Shown here: positions 20,473-31,442 of the stretch, one piece after another
Layout of the letters: each line of letters opens with the position of its first letter
Numbering within the stretch: the stretch's first letter is position 1
Source of the DNA: an uncultured Clostridia bacterium
Lineage (GTDB): Bacteria > Bacillota > Clostridia > Christensenellales > UBA1242
NCBI GenBank assembly: GCA_944377145.1
Contig: CALWEH010000010.1
Location: forward strand, 4,871-68,870
Direction: 5' to 3'
DNA: 64,000 nt
The notes under the pieces: model-generated
Databases searched by the model: none
What the model was told of the DNA's origin: nothing
What the model saw: the letters and a program-made list of their open reading frames with translations, nothing else
Translations under genes and position numbers: made by a program

Positions 20473-20678
20473 TCTTGCCTATATAGTTCTTAAAGGCTAT
20501 GCAGAGAAATCTGTTTGGTGAGAGTAAATTGTTCTTTTAATTAAAAGAACCGTGAGTACATTTTAATGTACTAATTGAAAATTGAAATATATATTTTCAA
20601 AGTAAATTTCTTATTGTATCTACAATAAGGCTCGTGCGGAGAATAAAACGCAAATTGAATAAAAAAGGAGAATTAATT

Positions 20679-21152
20679 ATGTCAAGAAGAAATACGGCTG
20701 TTAAGCGTGAAGTAGTTGCTGACCCAATATATAATTCAACTGTTGTGACTAAATTGGTTAATCAAGTTATGCTTGACGGAAAACGTGGTCTTGCTCAAAG
20801 GATAGTGTATTCAGCAATGAATAAAGCTGGGGAAAAATTAGGTTTAGAGCCTATGACTGCATTAACTAATGCTTTAGAAAATATTAAACCAGTACTTGAA
20901 ACAAAAGCAAGACGTGTAGGAGGAGCAAACTTTCAAGTTCCAATGGAAATTAGAGAGGATCGCCGTCAAACATTAGCAATTAGATGGATAGTAGAATATT
21001 CTCGTAAGAGAACAGGCGAAAGAGGCATGGAAAATAAATTGGCTGCCGAAATTGTTGATGCTTGCAACTTAACTGGTGGTGCAGTAAAGAAAAAAGACGA
21101 TATGCACAGACAAGCTGAAGCAAATAAAGCGTTTGCACATTATCGTTGGTAA
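20679..21152 (+). CDS. rpsG: 30S ribosomal protein S7
   Basis: 157 aa starting MSRRNTAVKREV after SD aaggag. The track's upstream extension from 20634 has no support. Confidence 0.97.
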   Translation: MSRRNTAVKREVVADPIYNSTVVTKLVNQVMLDGKRGLAQRIVYSAMNKAGEKLGLEPMTALTNALENIKPVLETKARRVGGANFQVPMEIREDRRQTLAIRWIVEYSRKRTGERGMENKLAAEIVDACNLTGGAVKKKDDMHRQAEANKAFAHYRW

Positions 21153-21236
21153 TGAGATTTATAAAAATCTTATATTAGGTAATAATTGAAATAAAGATTA
21201 TAAATATATAATTTTAATAAGGAGAATAAAAAAAAT

Positions 21237-23312
21237 ATGGCTAGAACAATTCCGTTGGAAAAAATTAGAAATATAGGAATTATGGCTCATATAGACGCAG
21301 GTAAAACTACAACTACAGAACGTATTTTGTACTATACAGGTGTAAATCACAAAATAGGTGAAGTTCATGATGGTGAAGCTACAATGGACTGGATGGTTCA
21401 AGAGCAAGAAAGAGGAATTACTATTACATCAGCTTGTACTCACTGTAAATGGAAAGATTGTGGAATAAATATTATTGATACACCTGGACACGTTGACTTT
21501 ACAGTTGAAGTTTTACGTTCATTAAAAGTTTTGGACGGTGCCGTTGCATTGTTTAGTGCAAGAGAAGGTGTTCAAGCTCAATCTGAAACTGTTTGGCGTC
21601 AAGCTACTGAATGTCATGTTCCAAGAATTTGTTTTGTAAATAAAATGGATATGAATGATGCTAACTTCCTTCGTGCTGTTAGTCAAATGCGTTCTGTATT
21701 AAAGGCAAATGCTGTTCCAATTCAAATGCCTATTGGTCAGGAAGCTGACTTTGAAGGTATTATTGATCTTATAACTATGAGAGCTTTCTATTATAAAGAT
21801 GATATTGGTAAAGTTGTAGAAGAAGCTGATATTCCAGCAAATTTATTAGATGAGGCTCAAAAGTTAAGAAATCAACTAGTGGAAGCAGTTGTTGAAACTG
21901 ATGATACTTTACTTGAAAAATATTTTGGTGGAGAAGAAATAACTATACCAGAATTAAAGAAAGCTATTCGTAAAGCTACTTGTGAATTAAAATTAAATCC
22001 AGTGCTTTGCGGAACTGCATTAAGAAATCGTGGTATTCAAATGCTACTAGATGCAATAATCGACTATATGCCAAGCCCATTAGATATTCCACCAATCAAA
22101 GGAGTTCTTCCAGATGGAACTGAAGCTGAACGTAAATCTAGTGATGATGAGCCATTAAGTGCTTTAGCCTTTAAAGTGGCAAATGATCCTTACGTTGGAG
22201 GAATTACATTTACTCGTGTATATAGTGGAAAATTAACTGCAGGAACTTATGTTCTAAATTCTACAAATGGAAAAAAAGAACGTGTTGGTAGAATTTTGCG
22301 TATGCATGCAAATTCAAGAGAAGATATTCCAGAAGCTTTAGCTGGAGAAATATGTGCGATAGTTGGTCTTAAAGATACTGGTACTGGAGATACTCTTTGT
22401 GATGAAGCTCACCCAATTATACTTGAATCAATGAAATTTATGGATCCTGTTATAGACCAAGCTATTGAACCTAAGAGTAAAGATGCTCAAGAAAAATTAG
22501 CATTAGCTCTTGCAAAACTTATGAAGGAAGATCCTACATTTAAATCTCACACAGATAAAGAAACAGGTCAAACAATAATTTCTGGTATGGGAGAATTACA
22601 TCTAGATATTATGGTTGATCGTCTTCGCAGAGAATTTAATGTTGATGTAAATGTTGGTAAACCTCAAGTTGCTTACAAAGAAACTATTCGTAAGAAAGTT
22701 GAAGCTGAAGGAAAATATATTAAGCAATCTGGTGGTCGTGGTCAATATGGACATTGTAAAGTAATATTTGAACCTCAACCAAGAGATTCAGGATATTCTT
22801 TCGAAAGCAAAGTTGTTGGAGGAGCTATTCCAAAAGAATTTATTGCTCCTATTGATGCTGGAATTCAAGAAGCTCGTCAATCAGGTGTAGTGGCTGGATA
22901 TGAAACTATAGACTTTAAAGCTACTGTTTACGATGGTTCATATCATGATGTGGATTCAAGTGAAATGGCATTTAAAATTGCTGGTTCTATGGCATTTAAA
23001 GAAGGAATGGCAAAAGCTGATCCAGTTTTGCTAGAACCTATAATGAAAGTAGAAGTTGTAGTTCCAGACGATTATTTAGGTACTGTTATGGGAGGCTTAA
23101 CTTCTCGTAGAGGAATTTTATCTGGTACTGACGTTAAACCTAATGGAACAATTATTCATGCTGAAGTTCCACTAGCAGAAATGTTTGGATATGCAACAGA
23201 TTTAAGAGGTTCAACTCAAGGTCGTGGTCAATTCTCAATGGAATTTGATCATTATGCAGAAGTTCCTAAAAATGTTGCAGATAAAATTATTGGAGAACGT
23301 AAAAAATCTTAA
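21237..23312 (+). CDS. fusA: Elongation factor G
   Basis: 691 aa with the GTPase motifs [17 protein letters not shown] and NKMD, plus domains II-V. Confidence 0.98.
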   Translation: MARTIPLEKIRNIGIMAHIDAGKTTTTERILYYTGVNHKIGEVHDGEATMDWMVQEQERGITITSACTHCKWKDCGINIIDTPGHVDFTVEVLRSLKVLDGAVALFSAREGVQAQSETVWRQATECHVPRICFVNKMDMNDANFLRAVSQMRSVLKANAVPIQMPIGQEADFEGIIDLITMRAFYYKDDIGKVVEEADIPANLLDEAQKLRNQLVEAVVETDDTLLEKYFGGEEITIPELKKAIRKATCELKLNPVLCGTALRNRGIQMLLDAIIDYMPSPLDIPPIKGVLPDGTEAERKSSDDEPLSALAFKVANDPYVGGITFTRVYSGKLTAGTYVLNSTNGKKERVGRILRMHANSREDIPEALAGEICAIVGLKDTGTGDTLCDEAHPIILESMKFMDPVIDQAIEPKSKDAQEKLALALAKLMKEDPTFKSHTDKETGQTIISGMGELHLDIMVDRLRREFNVDVNVGKPQVAYKETIRKKVEAEGKYIKQSGGRGQYGHCKVIFEPQPRDSGYSFESKVVGGAIPKEFIAPIDAGIQEARQSGVVAGYETIDFKATVYDGSYHDVDSSEMAFKIAGSMAFKEGMAKADPVLLEPIMKVEVVVPDDYLGTVMGGLTSRRGILSGTDVKPNGTIIHAEVPLAEMFGYATDLRGSTQGRGQFSMEFDHYAEVPKNVADKIIGERKKS

Positions 23313-23512
23313 TATAAATTAAACATCTTATACTATGGAATGTATTTCCATAGTTAAGATTGATTAGAAATTTTGATTACATTATTAGAACTTATTTTTA
23401 CAAATATGAATATTATCATATTATGGGAAAAGTGAATAGTAATTCAATCAAATAAATTAAATAAAAAACTAATTTTAAATTATAAAATGTTTAAAAATTT
23501 TAATTAAAATGC

Positions 23513-23541
23513 TTGACTTATAATGTCAATATAAATATAAT
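23513..23541 (+). promoter_or_regulatory. Consensus internal promoter for tuf
   Basis: TTGACT-17 nt-TATAAT in the 262-nt fusA-tuf spacer. Confidence 0.6.
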
Positions 23542-23574
23542 TATTAATATCAAATATTATGGAGGATTTTAAAA

Positions 23575-24777
23575 ATGGCTAGAGAGAAATTTAATAGAGC
23601 AAAGCCACATGTTAATATTGGTACTATTGGTCACGTTGACCATGGTAAGACTACTTTAACTGCTGCTATTACAACTGTTTTAGCTGCAAAAGGTTTTGCT
23701 GAAAAACGTGCTTATGATCAAATAGATAATACCCCAGAAGAAAAAGCAAGAGGTATTACAATTAATACTACACACGTTGAGTATGAAACAGAAAAACGTC
23801 ACTATGCTCACGTTGACTGCCCAGGACACGCAGACTATGTTAAAAATATGATTACAGGTGCTGCACAAATGGATGGAGCAATTCTTGTAGTTGCTGCTAC
23901 TGATGGTCCTATGCCTCAAACTCGTGAACATATCGTGCTTGCTCGTCAAGTTGGTGTTCCATACATTGTAGTATTTATGAACAAAACAGATTTGGTAGAC
24001 GATCCAGAATTATTGGATTTAGTTGAAATGGAAATTAGAGATTTGCTTTCAACTTATGGTTTCCCTGGAGATACTATTCCTGTTATTAGAGGAAGTGCTT
24101 TAAAAGCTTTGGAAGCAGCTTCAGCTGGAAATGTTGACGATCCTGCTTGCAAGTGCATTTTAGACTTAATGGATGCTGTAGACACATATATCCCAGACCC
24201 AGTTCGTGACAACGACAAACCATTCTTAATGCCTGTTGAAGATGTATTCTCAATTACAGGTCGTGGTACAGTTGCTACAGGTAGAGTAGAACGTGGTGTT
24301 GTTAAACTTGGTGAAGAAGTTGAATTAGTAGGTATTAAACCAAGACGTAAAGTAGTTATTACAGGTATTGAAATGTTCAAAAAATCTTTGGACGAAGCTC
24401 AATCTGGTGATAACGCAGGTTTATTAATCCGTGGTATTCAAAAGAATGAAATCGAAAGAGGTCAAGTTTTAGCTAAAGTTGGCTCAATCGAACCACATAC
24501 TAAATTTAGTGCTGAGGTTTATGTATTGAAGAAAGAAGAAGGTGGTCGTCATACTCCATTCTTCAATGGATATCGTCCACAATTCTATTTTAGAACTAGA
24601 GATATTACAGGTACAATCGCTCTTCCAGAAGGAACAGAAATGGTTATGCCTGGAGATAACATCACTATGAAGATTGAATTGATTAACCCAATCGCTATTG
24701 AAAAAGGTTTAAGATTCGCTATTCGTGAAGGTGGTAGAACTGTTGGTTCAGGTGTTGTTACTGACATTATTGAATAA
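23575..24777 (+). CDS. tuf: Elongation factor Tu
   Basis: 400 aa with [17 protein letters not shown] and NKTD. Canonical EF-Tu throughout. Confidence 0.99.
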   Translation: MAREKFNRAKPHVNIGTIGHVDHGKTTLTAAITTVLAAKGFAEKRAYDQIDNTPEEKARGITINTTHVEYETEKRHYAHVDCPGHADYVKNMITGAAQMDGAILVVAATDGPMPQTREHIVLARQVGVPYIVVFMNKTDLVDDPELLDLVEMEIRDLLSTYGFPGDTIPVIRGSALKALEAASAGNVDDPACKCILDLMDAVDTYIPDPVRDNDKPFLMPVEDVFSITGRGTVATGRVERGVVKLGEEVELVGIKPRRKVVITGIEMFKKSLDEAQSGDNAGLLIRGIQKNEIERGQVLAKVGSIEPHTKFSAEVYVLKKEEGGRHTPFFNGYRPQFYFRTRDITGTIALPEGTEMVMPGDNITMKIELINPIAIEKGLRFAIREGGRTVGSGVVTDIIE

Positions 24778-24786
24778 TTAAATAAT

Positions 24787-24817
24787 AAAAAAGACTGATT
24801 TGCGCCAGTCTTTTTTT
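24787..24817 (+). terminator. Intrinsic terminator after tuf
   Basis: Stem aaaaagactg/cagtcttttt, loop atttgcgc, then a T-run. Confidence 0.8.
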
Positions 24818-24938
24818 ATGCTTAAATATTTATTAACAACTAATTAATAAATATAGTAAATTTACATTTAAAAATTAAATAATATTTCATTAATTTAATT
24901 GTATAAAAAATCCACTTAATTAAAAGTGGATTTATTTA

Positions 24939-25649
24939 TTAAAATACCATTCCATTGTTGAGAGTGTGCATTTGAACTATTAACCAATCTTCAAAATAGT
25001 TTTCAGCTTGATCTAATATTTTTTTGTCCATATTATTCATATTTTCATTATAATAAACTTCCTCTTCAAAACTTGAATCCTCTACAAAACTATTTATATC
25101 TTGCAAATTTTGGTAATAATAATCAATCAAAGTGATAGTTTTAAATAATTCATTTAATAAGACAGAATCTGGTAAACAAACTAAATGTTTAATAGAACTG
25201 TTAGATAATTCTATAGATGCTTGATTTATATATGAATATTCTTTAGTTGTTTTTACTGCTTCTATTGGAAGCTTTTTCATTTTTATAAATAATGTAAATA
25301 AATATTTCAAAACATTAATACCATAATCATTATTTTTAACTTGTTCTAAACAATATTTAAGTTTAGCATAATATTTTAATCTTTTTTCTTGATTATTTAT
25401 AATCTCATTAGTTTCTTGCATACTTAATTGTGATGAAATATTAATTAGTTTTTTATTATAATTATCTTTAACCTCTTCAAATTTAAAGCATTTTTCTAAG
25501 CGAGCCGCCATTGCTTTGCATAAGGCGCTTTGTAACATAAACTCTTGAGTTGTATAATCAGCATTATAATAATTAGGAGATAAAAATTCATCAAAATAGT
25601 CAATAAATCTGTCTGTTACAAATGTATTAAAAGCTTTAGTAGGATACAT
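24939..25649 (-). CDS. Hypothetical protein (236 aa)
   Basis: Long ORF with SD ggagg 5 nt upstream and a hairpin terminator (aaatccact/agtggattt) downstream. No family was recognised. Confidence 0.5.
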   Translation of the reverse strand: MYPTKAFNTFVTDRFIDYFDEFLSPNYYNADYTTQEFMLQSALCKAMAARLEKCFKFEEVKDNYNKKLINISSQLSMQETNEIINNQEKRLKYYAKLKYCLEQVKNNDYGINVLKYLFTLFIKMKKLPIEAVKTTKEYSYINQASIELSNSSIKHLVCLPDSVLLNELFKTITLIDYYYQNLQDINSFVEDSSFEEEVYYNENMNNMDKKILDQAENYFEDWLIVQMHTLNNGMVF

Positions 25650-25833
25650 AATTCCTCCATAAATCTATAAGTTTATAAAATTAATATATCATATTTGTTT
25701 GAATTTGTCAATGATTAAGATATTAATAAGTTTTTTATATTTAAAATCAAAGCTAGTTTTAAAAGTTTGACATAATAAGTTTTTATTGTTATAATATTAA
25801 TTACATATATTTATTAGTATTTAAGGAGAGATT

Positions 25834-27372
25834 ATGGATAATAACCAGCCTATTAGCGAATTTGATATAAAGGTTGAAAAAGTGGAAAAATTACAAGAAA
25901 GTGGAGAAATAGTGTATAAAGGAAAATTTAATAAAACAGATGAAATTCACGATCTTGATAATTATGAATTAGGTAAAAAAGTTAGCATTGCAGGACGAAT
26001 TATTTTTAAACGTACATTTGGTAAGTTGATTTTTGCACGTATTTATGCTATTGGAGATAATTTTAATGCTGATTTAAGCAAATCTATTAGAACTAGTGTT
26101 CAAATAAGTTTAAGTCAAAATATTGTTGGAGAAGAAAGTTTAAAGAAATTTAAAGAATTTTGTGATATAGCTGATTTTGTTGGAGTAAGTGGAGAATTAG
26201 TTAGAACACAAACAGGTGAGTTGACTGTTCAAGTAGAACATTATGAATTGCTTAGTAAAGCTCTTAGAGGTTTACCAGAAAAATTTCATGGGTTGGTTGA
26301 TACAGATTCAAGATATCGCCAACGCTATTTAGATATTATTTCAAATGAAAAAAGTAGAAATGTGTTTATTACCCGCAGTAGAGCTGTTTCATTTATTAGA
26401 AGATATTTAGAAGATCATGGGTTTATTGAAGTAGAAACACCTGTTTTACAAGTGAATGTATCTGGAGCAAGTGCAAAACCTTTCTTTACACATCATAATG
26501 CACTAGATTTAGATTGTAATTTGCGTATAGCTACAGAAACTTGGTTGAAAATGGTTAATGCCGCTGGATTTGATAAAGTATTTGAATTAGGAAAAGATTT
26601 TAGAAATGAGGGTATGGATACAACTCATTTGCAAGAATTTACACAAGTTGAATGGTATGCTTCATATTGGGATTTTGAAGATAATATTAAATTTTTTAAA
26701 AAATTTATAAAAGATTTGATGATGCATTTGCTTGGTACTACTAAAATAACTGTAGCAGGGCATGATATTGATTTTGGACAAGAAGAATGGGAACGCATAA
26801 ATTATGTTGAAAAGATGCGTGAACTTTTAGGATTTGATTTTTTAGCAATTACAGATGCTAATGAATTAGCTGATAAAATAGTAGCTAAAAAATTATTAAC
26901 TAAAGCTGAACTTAATGATTATAAATCAGTTAGAGCAATTATAGATTTTGTTTACAAAAAATTTATTCGTGCAAATATTATAGGTCCAACAATATTATAT
27001 AATTATCCAGCATTTTTAAAAACTCTTGCTAGAAGAAATGATGCTGATAATAGAATAACAGATGTATTCCAAGTAGTTGTGAATGGTGCTGAAATTTTAA
27101 ATGCCTATAGCGAATTAATCAATCCTATTGAGCAGAGAGAGGCTCTTATCAATCAGTTAAAAGATAAAGAGTTGGGTGATGAAGAAACAATGGATTTAGA
27201 TGAGGATTTCTTACTTGCTATGGAGCATGGTATGCCACCTATGTCTGGATTAGGATTTGGAATAGATAGATTTATTATGATGATATTTGATCTTCCAAAT
27301 ATTAGAGATAGCGTTTTATTCCCTATTATGAAACCTTTAGATAAGAATAAAGTTAATAATGAAGATGACTAA
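25834..27372 (+). CDS. lysS: Lysine--tRNA ligase (class II)
   Basis: 512 aa with RYRQRYLDII, PFFTHHNALDLDCNLRIATE and class II motifs 2 and 3 (GMPPMSGLGFGIDR). The promoter TTGACA-17-TATAAT lies upstream. Confidence 0.9.
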   Translation: MDNNQPISEFDIKVEKVEKLQESGEIVYKGKFNKTDEIHDLDNYELGKKVSIAGRIIFKRTFGKLIFARIYAIGDNFNADLSKSIRTSVQISLSQNIVGEESLKKFKEFCDIADFVGVSGELVRTQTGELTVQVEHYELLSKALRGLPEKFHGLVDTDSRYRQRYLDIISNEKSRNVFITRSRAVSFIRRYLEDHGFIEVETPVLQVNVSGASAKPFFTHHNALDLDCNLRIATETWLKMVNAAGFDKVFELGKDFRNEGMDTTHLQEFTQVEWYASYWDFEDNIKFFKKFIKDLMMHLLGTTKITVAGHDIDFGQEEWERINYVEKMRELLGFDFLAITDANELADKIVAKKLLTKAELNDYKSVRAIIDFVYKKFIRANIIGPTILYNYPAFLKTLARRNDADNRITDVFQVVVNGAEILNAYSELINPIEQREALINQLKDKELGDEETMDLDEDFLLAMEHGMPPMSGLGFGIDRFIMMIFDLPNIRDSVLFPIMKPLDKNKVNNEDD

Positions 27373-27534
27373 AATAAATTAAAAATTTTAATGTTATATA
27401 AAACTTAACAAAAATTTATTGTATAAAATTTTAGTTATTTTAATAAATTTTAAATTATGCTCGATAAATTTGATTTTTATTATCTTTCATTGTACTATGG
27501 ATTTTTAATTAAGAATATAAATAAGGAGAATGAT

Positions 27535-28518
27535 ATGAAAGTATTATATAGTGCTACAAAGCCAACAGGTAAACTTACATTGGGAAATTATATTGGAGCT
27601 TTGCAAAATTGGAAGAAATTGAAAGATGAATATGATTGTTATTTTTGTATAGCAAATTTACATGCTCACACAATTAACATAGATCCTAAATATATACTCG
27701 AAAATACCTATGAGCAATTTGCATGGTTTTTATCTTGTGGTTTAGATAGCGAAAAATCATGTATTTATGTTCAATCAATGCTTCCAGAACATTCAGAAAT
27801 GTGTTGGTTGCTTAATTGTAATACTATGATGGGAGAGGCAAGTAGAATGACTCAATATAAAGATCATCTGGCAAAAGGAGAAAAGAGTATTACAACAGCT
27901 TTATTTACATATCCTGTATTGATGGCGGGGGACATTTTATTGTTTAATACTAATATTGTTCCTGTAGGGCAAGATCAAGTCCAACATGTAGAATTAGCTA
28001 GAGATATTGCTAAAAGATTTAATACAAGATTTGGGAAAAGTGTAGTAGAGCCTAATTATTTTATTCCAAAAGTTGGAGCAAAAATTATGGGATTATTAAA
28101 TCCTGAAAGTAAAATGGGAAAAAGTGATGATGATCCTAACAATATCATATATTTACAAGATAGTGAAGAAGATGTAGCAAGAAAAATTAAGAGAGCTGTT
28201 ACAGATAGTGTGGGAATTATTCAATATGACCCAGAAAATCAGCCAGGAGTGTCAAATTTATTAACAATAATAGCCGTTATGGAAAATACTGATATACAAC
28301 AAGTTGTTGAAAGCCTTAGCGGTCAAAATTATGGAGCTCTAAAAACTAGAGCTACAAATGCTATAAATAATCATTTAAGACCAATAAGAGAAAAATATAA
28401 ATATTATATGGAAAATAAAGATGAGTTGTATAAACTTATGCAAAAAGGAGCTGAAAAAGCTAAAAAAGTAGCAAGCCAAACATTAAAAAGATGTAAAGAT
28501 GCTATGGGATTGTTATAA
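27535..28518 (+). CDS. trpS: Tryptophan--tRNA ligase
   Basis: 327 aa starting MKVLYSATKPTG after SD aaggag. The HIGH-equivalent is TLGNYIGA and the KMSKS-equivalent is KMGKS. The track's extension from 27457 is rejected. Confidence 0.92.
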   Translation: MKVLYSATKPTGKLTLGNYIGALQNWKKLKDEYDCYFCIANLHAHTINIDPKYILENTYEQFAWFLSCGLDSEKSCIYVQSMLPEHSEMCWLLNCNTMMGEASRMTQYKDHLAKGEKSITTALFTYPVLMAGDILLFNTNIVPVGQDQVQHVELARDIAKRFNTRFGKSVVEPNYFIPKVGAKIMGLLNPESKMGKSDDDPNNIIYLQDSEEDVARKIKRAVTDSVGIIQYDPENQPGVSNLLTIIAVMENTDIQQVVESLSGQNYGALKTRATNAINNHLRPIREKYKYYMENKDELYKLMQKGAEKAKKVASQTLKRCKDAMGLL

Positions 28519-28569
28519 ATAGTTGACAATAAATATTACATTTGATATTATCCTTAATAAGGAGTATAT

Positions 28570-29136
28570 ATGGAAAATAATGAATTAAATACAAATGAAA
28601 ATGTAAAGGTCGCTAAAAAAGACTATAAACCAATAATTAAAAAGGTGAGTATAATTACTTTAATTGTGTCATTAATAGTGGTTGTTGCATCTGCAATTGT
28701 AATGATTTACATATCTACAAAAGAATACACTAAAGGAGAATATAAATTTTCAATGGGTGTTTTAATGGAGGTTAGTATAGTATTGAAAGATGATGGCAAT
28801 GCAGATATGACATTATCATCTTTTGGTTCAACACCTGAAACAACCAGCGTTAAATACTATGTAAAAAATGGTACTTTATTTATTGATGAAAATGATGGTT
28901 TAGGATACTATGAATTTGGTAAAATAGATGCTATAAAAATAACTCCAGCAGATACAGATAATGTAACTATAAAATTAGTTTGCAAGGAAAGTAAAAATAT
29001 GAAAAATGTTTCAACAGGATTTTTGATTGCTGGAGTTGTAATAGCTGTAATAAGCCTAGGATCATTAATATGTGTTGATTATATGAAGAAAAAACAAAAT
29101 ATAAAAGAAGTAAGTGAAGATAATAATATTAATTAA
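28570..29136 (+). CDS. Hypothetical membrane protein (188 aa, TM helices near both ends)
   Basis: SD aaggag. Hydrophobic helices occur at about residues 27-48 and 150-170. Confidence 0.5.
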   Translation: MENNELNTNENVKVAKKDYKPIIKKVSIITLIVSLIVVVASAIVMIYISTKEYTKGEYKFSMGVLMEVSIVLKDDGNADMTLSSFGSTPETTSVKYYVKNGTLFIDENDGLGYYEFGKIDAIKITPADTDNVTIKLVCKESKNMKNVSTGFLIAGVVIAVISLGSLICVDYMKKKQNIKEVSEDNNIN

Positions 29137-29189
29137 TCTATATTTATTTTAATTTAAACAGACATTATACTGAAAATTACGGAGGAAAT

Positions 29190-29558
29190 ATGGGAAGAAT
29201 TTATAATAGTGCTTATAGCAATATGCTTCGTGATGCTGAAAGAGCTAAAAATCCTGAATTAAAAAGATCTAGTAAAGAACTTTCTAGTATTGACAATATA
29301 GCTACAGTTGCTGATATGTTGGTATTAGAAGCTAAGGATTTGAAATTTATGCGTGGCGGAGAAGACAAAATTGCTGGAGATATGTCTATGATTAAAGCTT
29401 TAAATGAAAAATATCCAGAAGTATATAAATTTTTAAGTGATATGTATAACACCATTATAAACCCTACAACAGATATTGAAAAGAAAGTTGCAGAGAAAGA
29501 TGGTTTTATAGAAATGAGTCTTGATCATACATTAAGAGCAATAGAAAGTTTAAAATAA
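29190..29558 (+). CDS. Hypothetical protein (122 aa)
   Basis: SD ggagga, with a terminator hairpin (aagtgtaa/ttacactt + T-run) immediately downstream. Confidence 0.5.
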   Translation: MGRIYNSAYSNMLRDAERAKNPELKRSSKELSSIDNIATVADMLVLEAKDLKFMRGGEDKIAGDMSMIKALNEKYPEVYKFLSDMYNTIINPTTDIEKKVAEKDGFIEMSLDHTLRAIESLK

Positions 29559-29596
29559 GTGTAAGAAATTACACTTATTTTTTTGTTTTATAAATA

Positions 29597-29779
29597 TTAT
29601 ATAAAACTTCTTTGATTATTAAATGAACAACAACTGTTAAAATTATTATTGTTATTTAATCCAACAAGAGCTAAAAGAAGTAATAACAATATATTTGTGT
29701 TGTTTGCTAAATCTGTATTTGTAGCTTGAGCTATAATGCCTATTAGAATTATAAATAAAATTAAAATTGTAAAATTCAT
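29597..29779 (-). CDS. Small hydrophobic protein (60 aa) with an Asn-run and a CC motif
   Basis: Strong SD (aggagat) before the ATG on the minus strand. There are two hydrophobic stretches, then NNNNNFNSCCSFNN. Confidence 0.45.
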   Translation of the reverse strand: MNFTILILFIILIGIIAQATNTDLANNTNILLLLLLALVGLNNNNNFNSCCSFNNQRSFI

Positions 29780-29876
29780 AAAATCTCCTCTAATCTTTAA
29801 TTCGATTAAGTTATTTTTATGTATTCAAAAGATAAATATTTTGTGAAAAAAATAGCTTTATTCCAAGCTATTTTTT

Positions 29877-30299
29877 TTAATATTTATTTATTCTTCTTAA
29901 ATGACGTCCGCCTTCAAAAGGACTTGTTAAAAAAGTTTTAATTATTTTTAAAGCTTGCCTTTTGCTTGTTAATCTTGCCCCTAATGCTAATACATTGGCG
30001 TCTTCATCTTTTCTGGCTAATTTTGCTATAATTGGCTTGTATGCAACTACACAGCGAATTCCTTTAAATCGATTAGATGCCATGCACATTCCAATTCCAC
30101 TTCCACACACAAATATTCCTTTATTAGATGTGTTTTCTAATACTTTTTTTACTCCATTAATAACAATATCTGGATAATCATCATCTTTATCATATTTTAA
30201 AGCTCCAATATCTATAAAGTCAATATTATTTTTTGTAAAATATTGTTTAAGATATTCTTTTAACTCAAATCCAGCATGATCGCAAGCTAATATTAGCAT
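29877..30299 (-). CDS. rpiB: Ribose-5-phosphate isomerase B (RpiB/LacA/LacB family)
   Basis: 140 aa with MLILACDHAGFELK and FVCGSGIGMCMASNR, the family signatures. Confidence 0.88.
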   Translation of the reverse strand: MLILACDHAGFELKEYLKQYFTKNNIDFIDIGALKYDKDDDYPDIVINGVKKVLENTSNKGIFVCGSGIGMCMASNRFKGIRCVVAYKPIIAKLARKDEDANVLALGARLTSKRQALKIIKTFLTSPFEGGRHLRRINKY

Positions 30300-30376
30300 A
30301 TAAAATCTCCTTTCAAATATATATTATCAAAAAATAATTATTTAATCAAATAATAAATATATATTTTATTTAATAA

Positions 30377-30880
30377 TTATAAAGATTTTTCTTGTTGATA
30401 TGCTTTTAATTTTTCAACACAGGCAGCTATAGTGTTATAATATTCGCAAGCTTTATATAATAGTTTATTACAATTAACAATATAGCTATATTTATATTCA
30501 CATTCGCCTGTTGAATATTTTTTAATTTCAGTTAATAAAGGTGATAATTTTTCTGAGGCAAAATGAATATCTGCAAGGCAAGAAATAAATTCTTCATAAG
30601 GCATGTTTTTATAATCATGATAGTCAAAAGAAATTTGAGTATTAACAACTTTCATAAGTAAATTAATATATCTAATTATTCTAGAAATATTAGATGATGA
30701 AAATTTGCTAGGAACAATTAATTTGTTATTTAAACAAATATTATATCCATGTTCAAATTCATCTTGTAATGTAAAATAATAGCTATCTATATTATAACTA
30801 GAATTATAATAAGTGGCTTTTTTATGCTTTTTTTCTTCATGTTTTTTTATTAATTGTTCAATATATTTTAAATCTTTCAT
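30377..30880 (-). CDS. Hypothetical protein (167 aa)
   Basis: ORF with SD aaagga. No family was recognised. Confidence 0.45.
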   Translation of the reverse strand: MKDLKYIEQLIKKHEEKKHKKATYYNSSYNIDSYYFTLQDEFEHGYNICLNNKLIVPSKFSSSNISRIIRYINLLMKVVNTQISFDYHDYKNMPYEEFISCLADIHFASEKLSPLLTEIKKYSTGECEYKYSYIVNCNKLLYKACEYYNTIAACVEKLKAYQQEKSL

Positions 30881-31023
30881 AAAAATTTCCTTTAAAATTT
30901 ACAATGAAACCATATTTTATCATATATTTAAAATTTGTCAATAATTTATAAATTTTTTACATATTAAAATATAAAATTTATTTAATAAAGATTTTGAATT
31001 ATAAATAAAAATTTTAATTATAG

Positions 31024-31052
31024 TTGATTTTTTTTATATTATTTGATATAAT
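31024..31052 (+). promoter_or_regulatory. Promoter of SRP RNA
   Basis: TTGATT-17 nt-TATAAT. The predicted +1 is about 31059-31061, at the start of the RNA closing helix. Confidence 0.6.
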
Positions 31053-31060
31053 AATAATGT

Positions 31061-31325
31061 ATTGCACTAGGTGGGGAGTTAGCGGTGCCCTGAACTTGCA
31101 ATCCGCTATAGCAAGGCTGAAACGATATCTCGGGGCAAACTTATTTGTGTTGAGTATATATTATTTATGATGAAGTTAGGGTCTTATTCAATAGTTACTT
31201 ACGAACTATGTCAGGGTGGGAACACAGCAGCATTAAATAGGGATACTATGTGCTTTAAGGTAGCTCTAATGGAGTAAATAGTATGTATGCCAGCAAGTAA
31301 TTTGTTTCAAAATATTGTGTGCAAT
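31061..31325 (+). ncRNA. ffs: Signal recognition particle RNA, long Bacillus type with Alu domain (scRNA)
   Basis: The 5' segment ctaggtggggagttagcggtgccctg...gcaatccgct matches the Alu-domain loops of Firmicute scRNA. The helix 8 motif gtcagg-gtg-GGAA-cac-agcagc shows a compensatory stem change relative to E. coli tcc-GGAA-gga. The ends attgcac/gtgcaat pair. Confidence 0.88.
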
Positions 31326-31334
31326 ATGCCATTT

Positions 31335-31364
31335 AAACTTCTAGCAAAAACTAGAAGTTTTTTA
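31335..31364 (+). terminator. Intrinsic terminator after SRP RNA
   Basis: 10-bp stem aaacttctag/ctagaagttt, loop caaaaa, then a T-run. Confidence 0.85.
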
Positions 31365-31442
31365 TTAAATATATTTTTATAAAGTATTGACAAAGTTGAT
31401 AATATTTAGTTATAATATACTAATATTATAATGTAGGGAAAT

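Noticed and set aside
20634-20678. N-terminal extensions offered by the ORF track for rpsG (20634), trpS (27457), rplM (56333), the lipoprotein (18500), gpmI (34284), PFOR (to 54411), the Crp/Fnr gene (to 59490) and the small TM protein (4752)
   Set aside because: In each case an internal start codon sits 5-9 nt after a GGAGG-type SD and reproduces the canonical N-terminus of the family. The upstream extensions lack an SD or run through terminator hairpins.
23313-23574. The 262-nt fusA-tuf spacer as a possible ncRNA locus
   Set aside because: It is explained by an imperfect hairpin just after fusA (cttatactatggaa/tttccatagttaag) acting as a partial terminator, plus a consensus tuf promoter (TTGACT-17-TATAAT). 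The remainder is unstructured AT-rich sequence.
23680-24767. Antisense ORFs inside tuf (23680..23949, 24054..24380, 24585..24767), plus similar short ORFs antisense to or overlapping rpoB, rpoC, asnS, pgk, gpmI, rnr, nifJ, nrdD and others
   Set aside because: All lie wholly within strongly supported conserved genes, have no SD, and have the skewed composition expected of the opposite-strand frame of AT-rich coding DNA.
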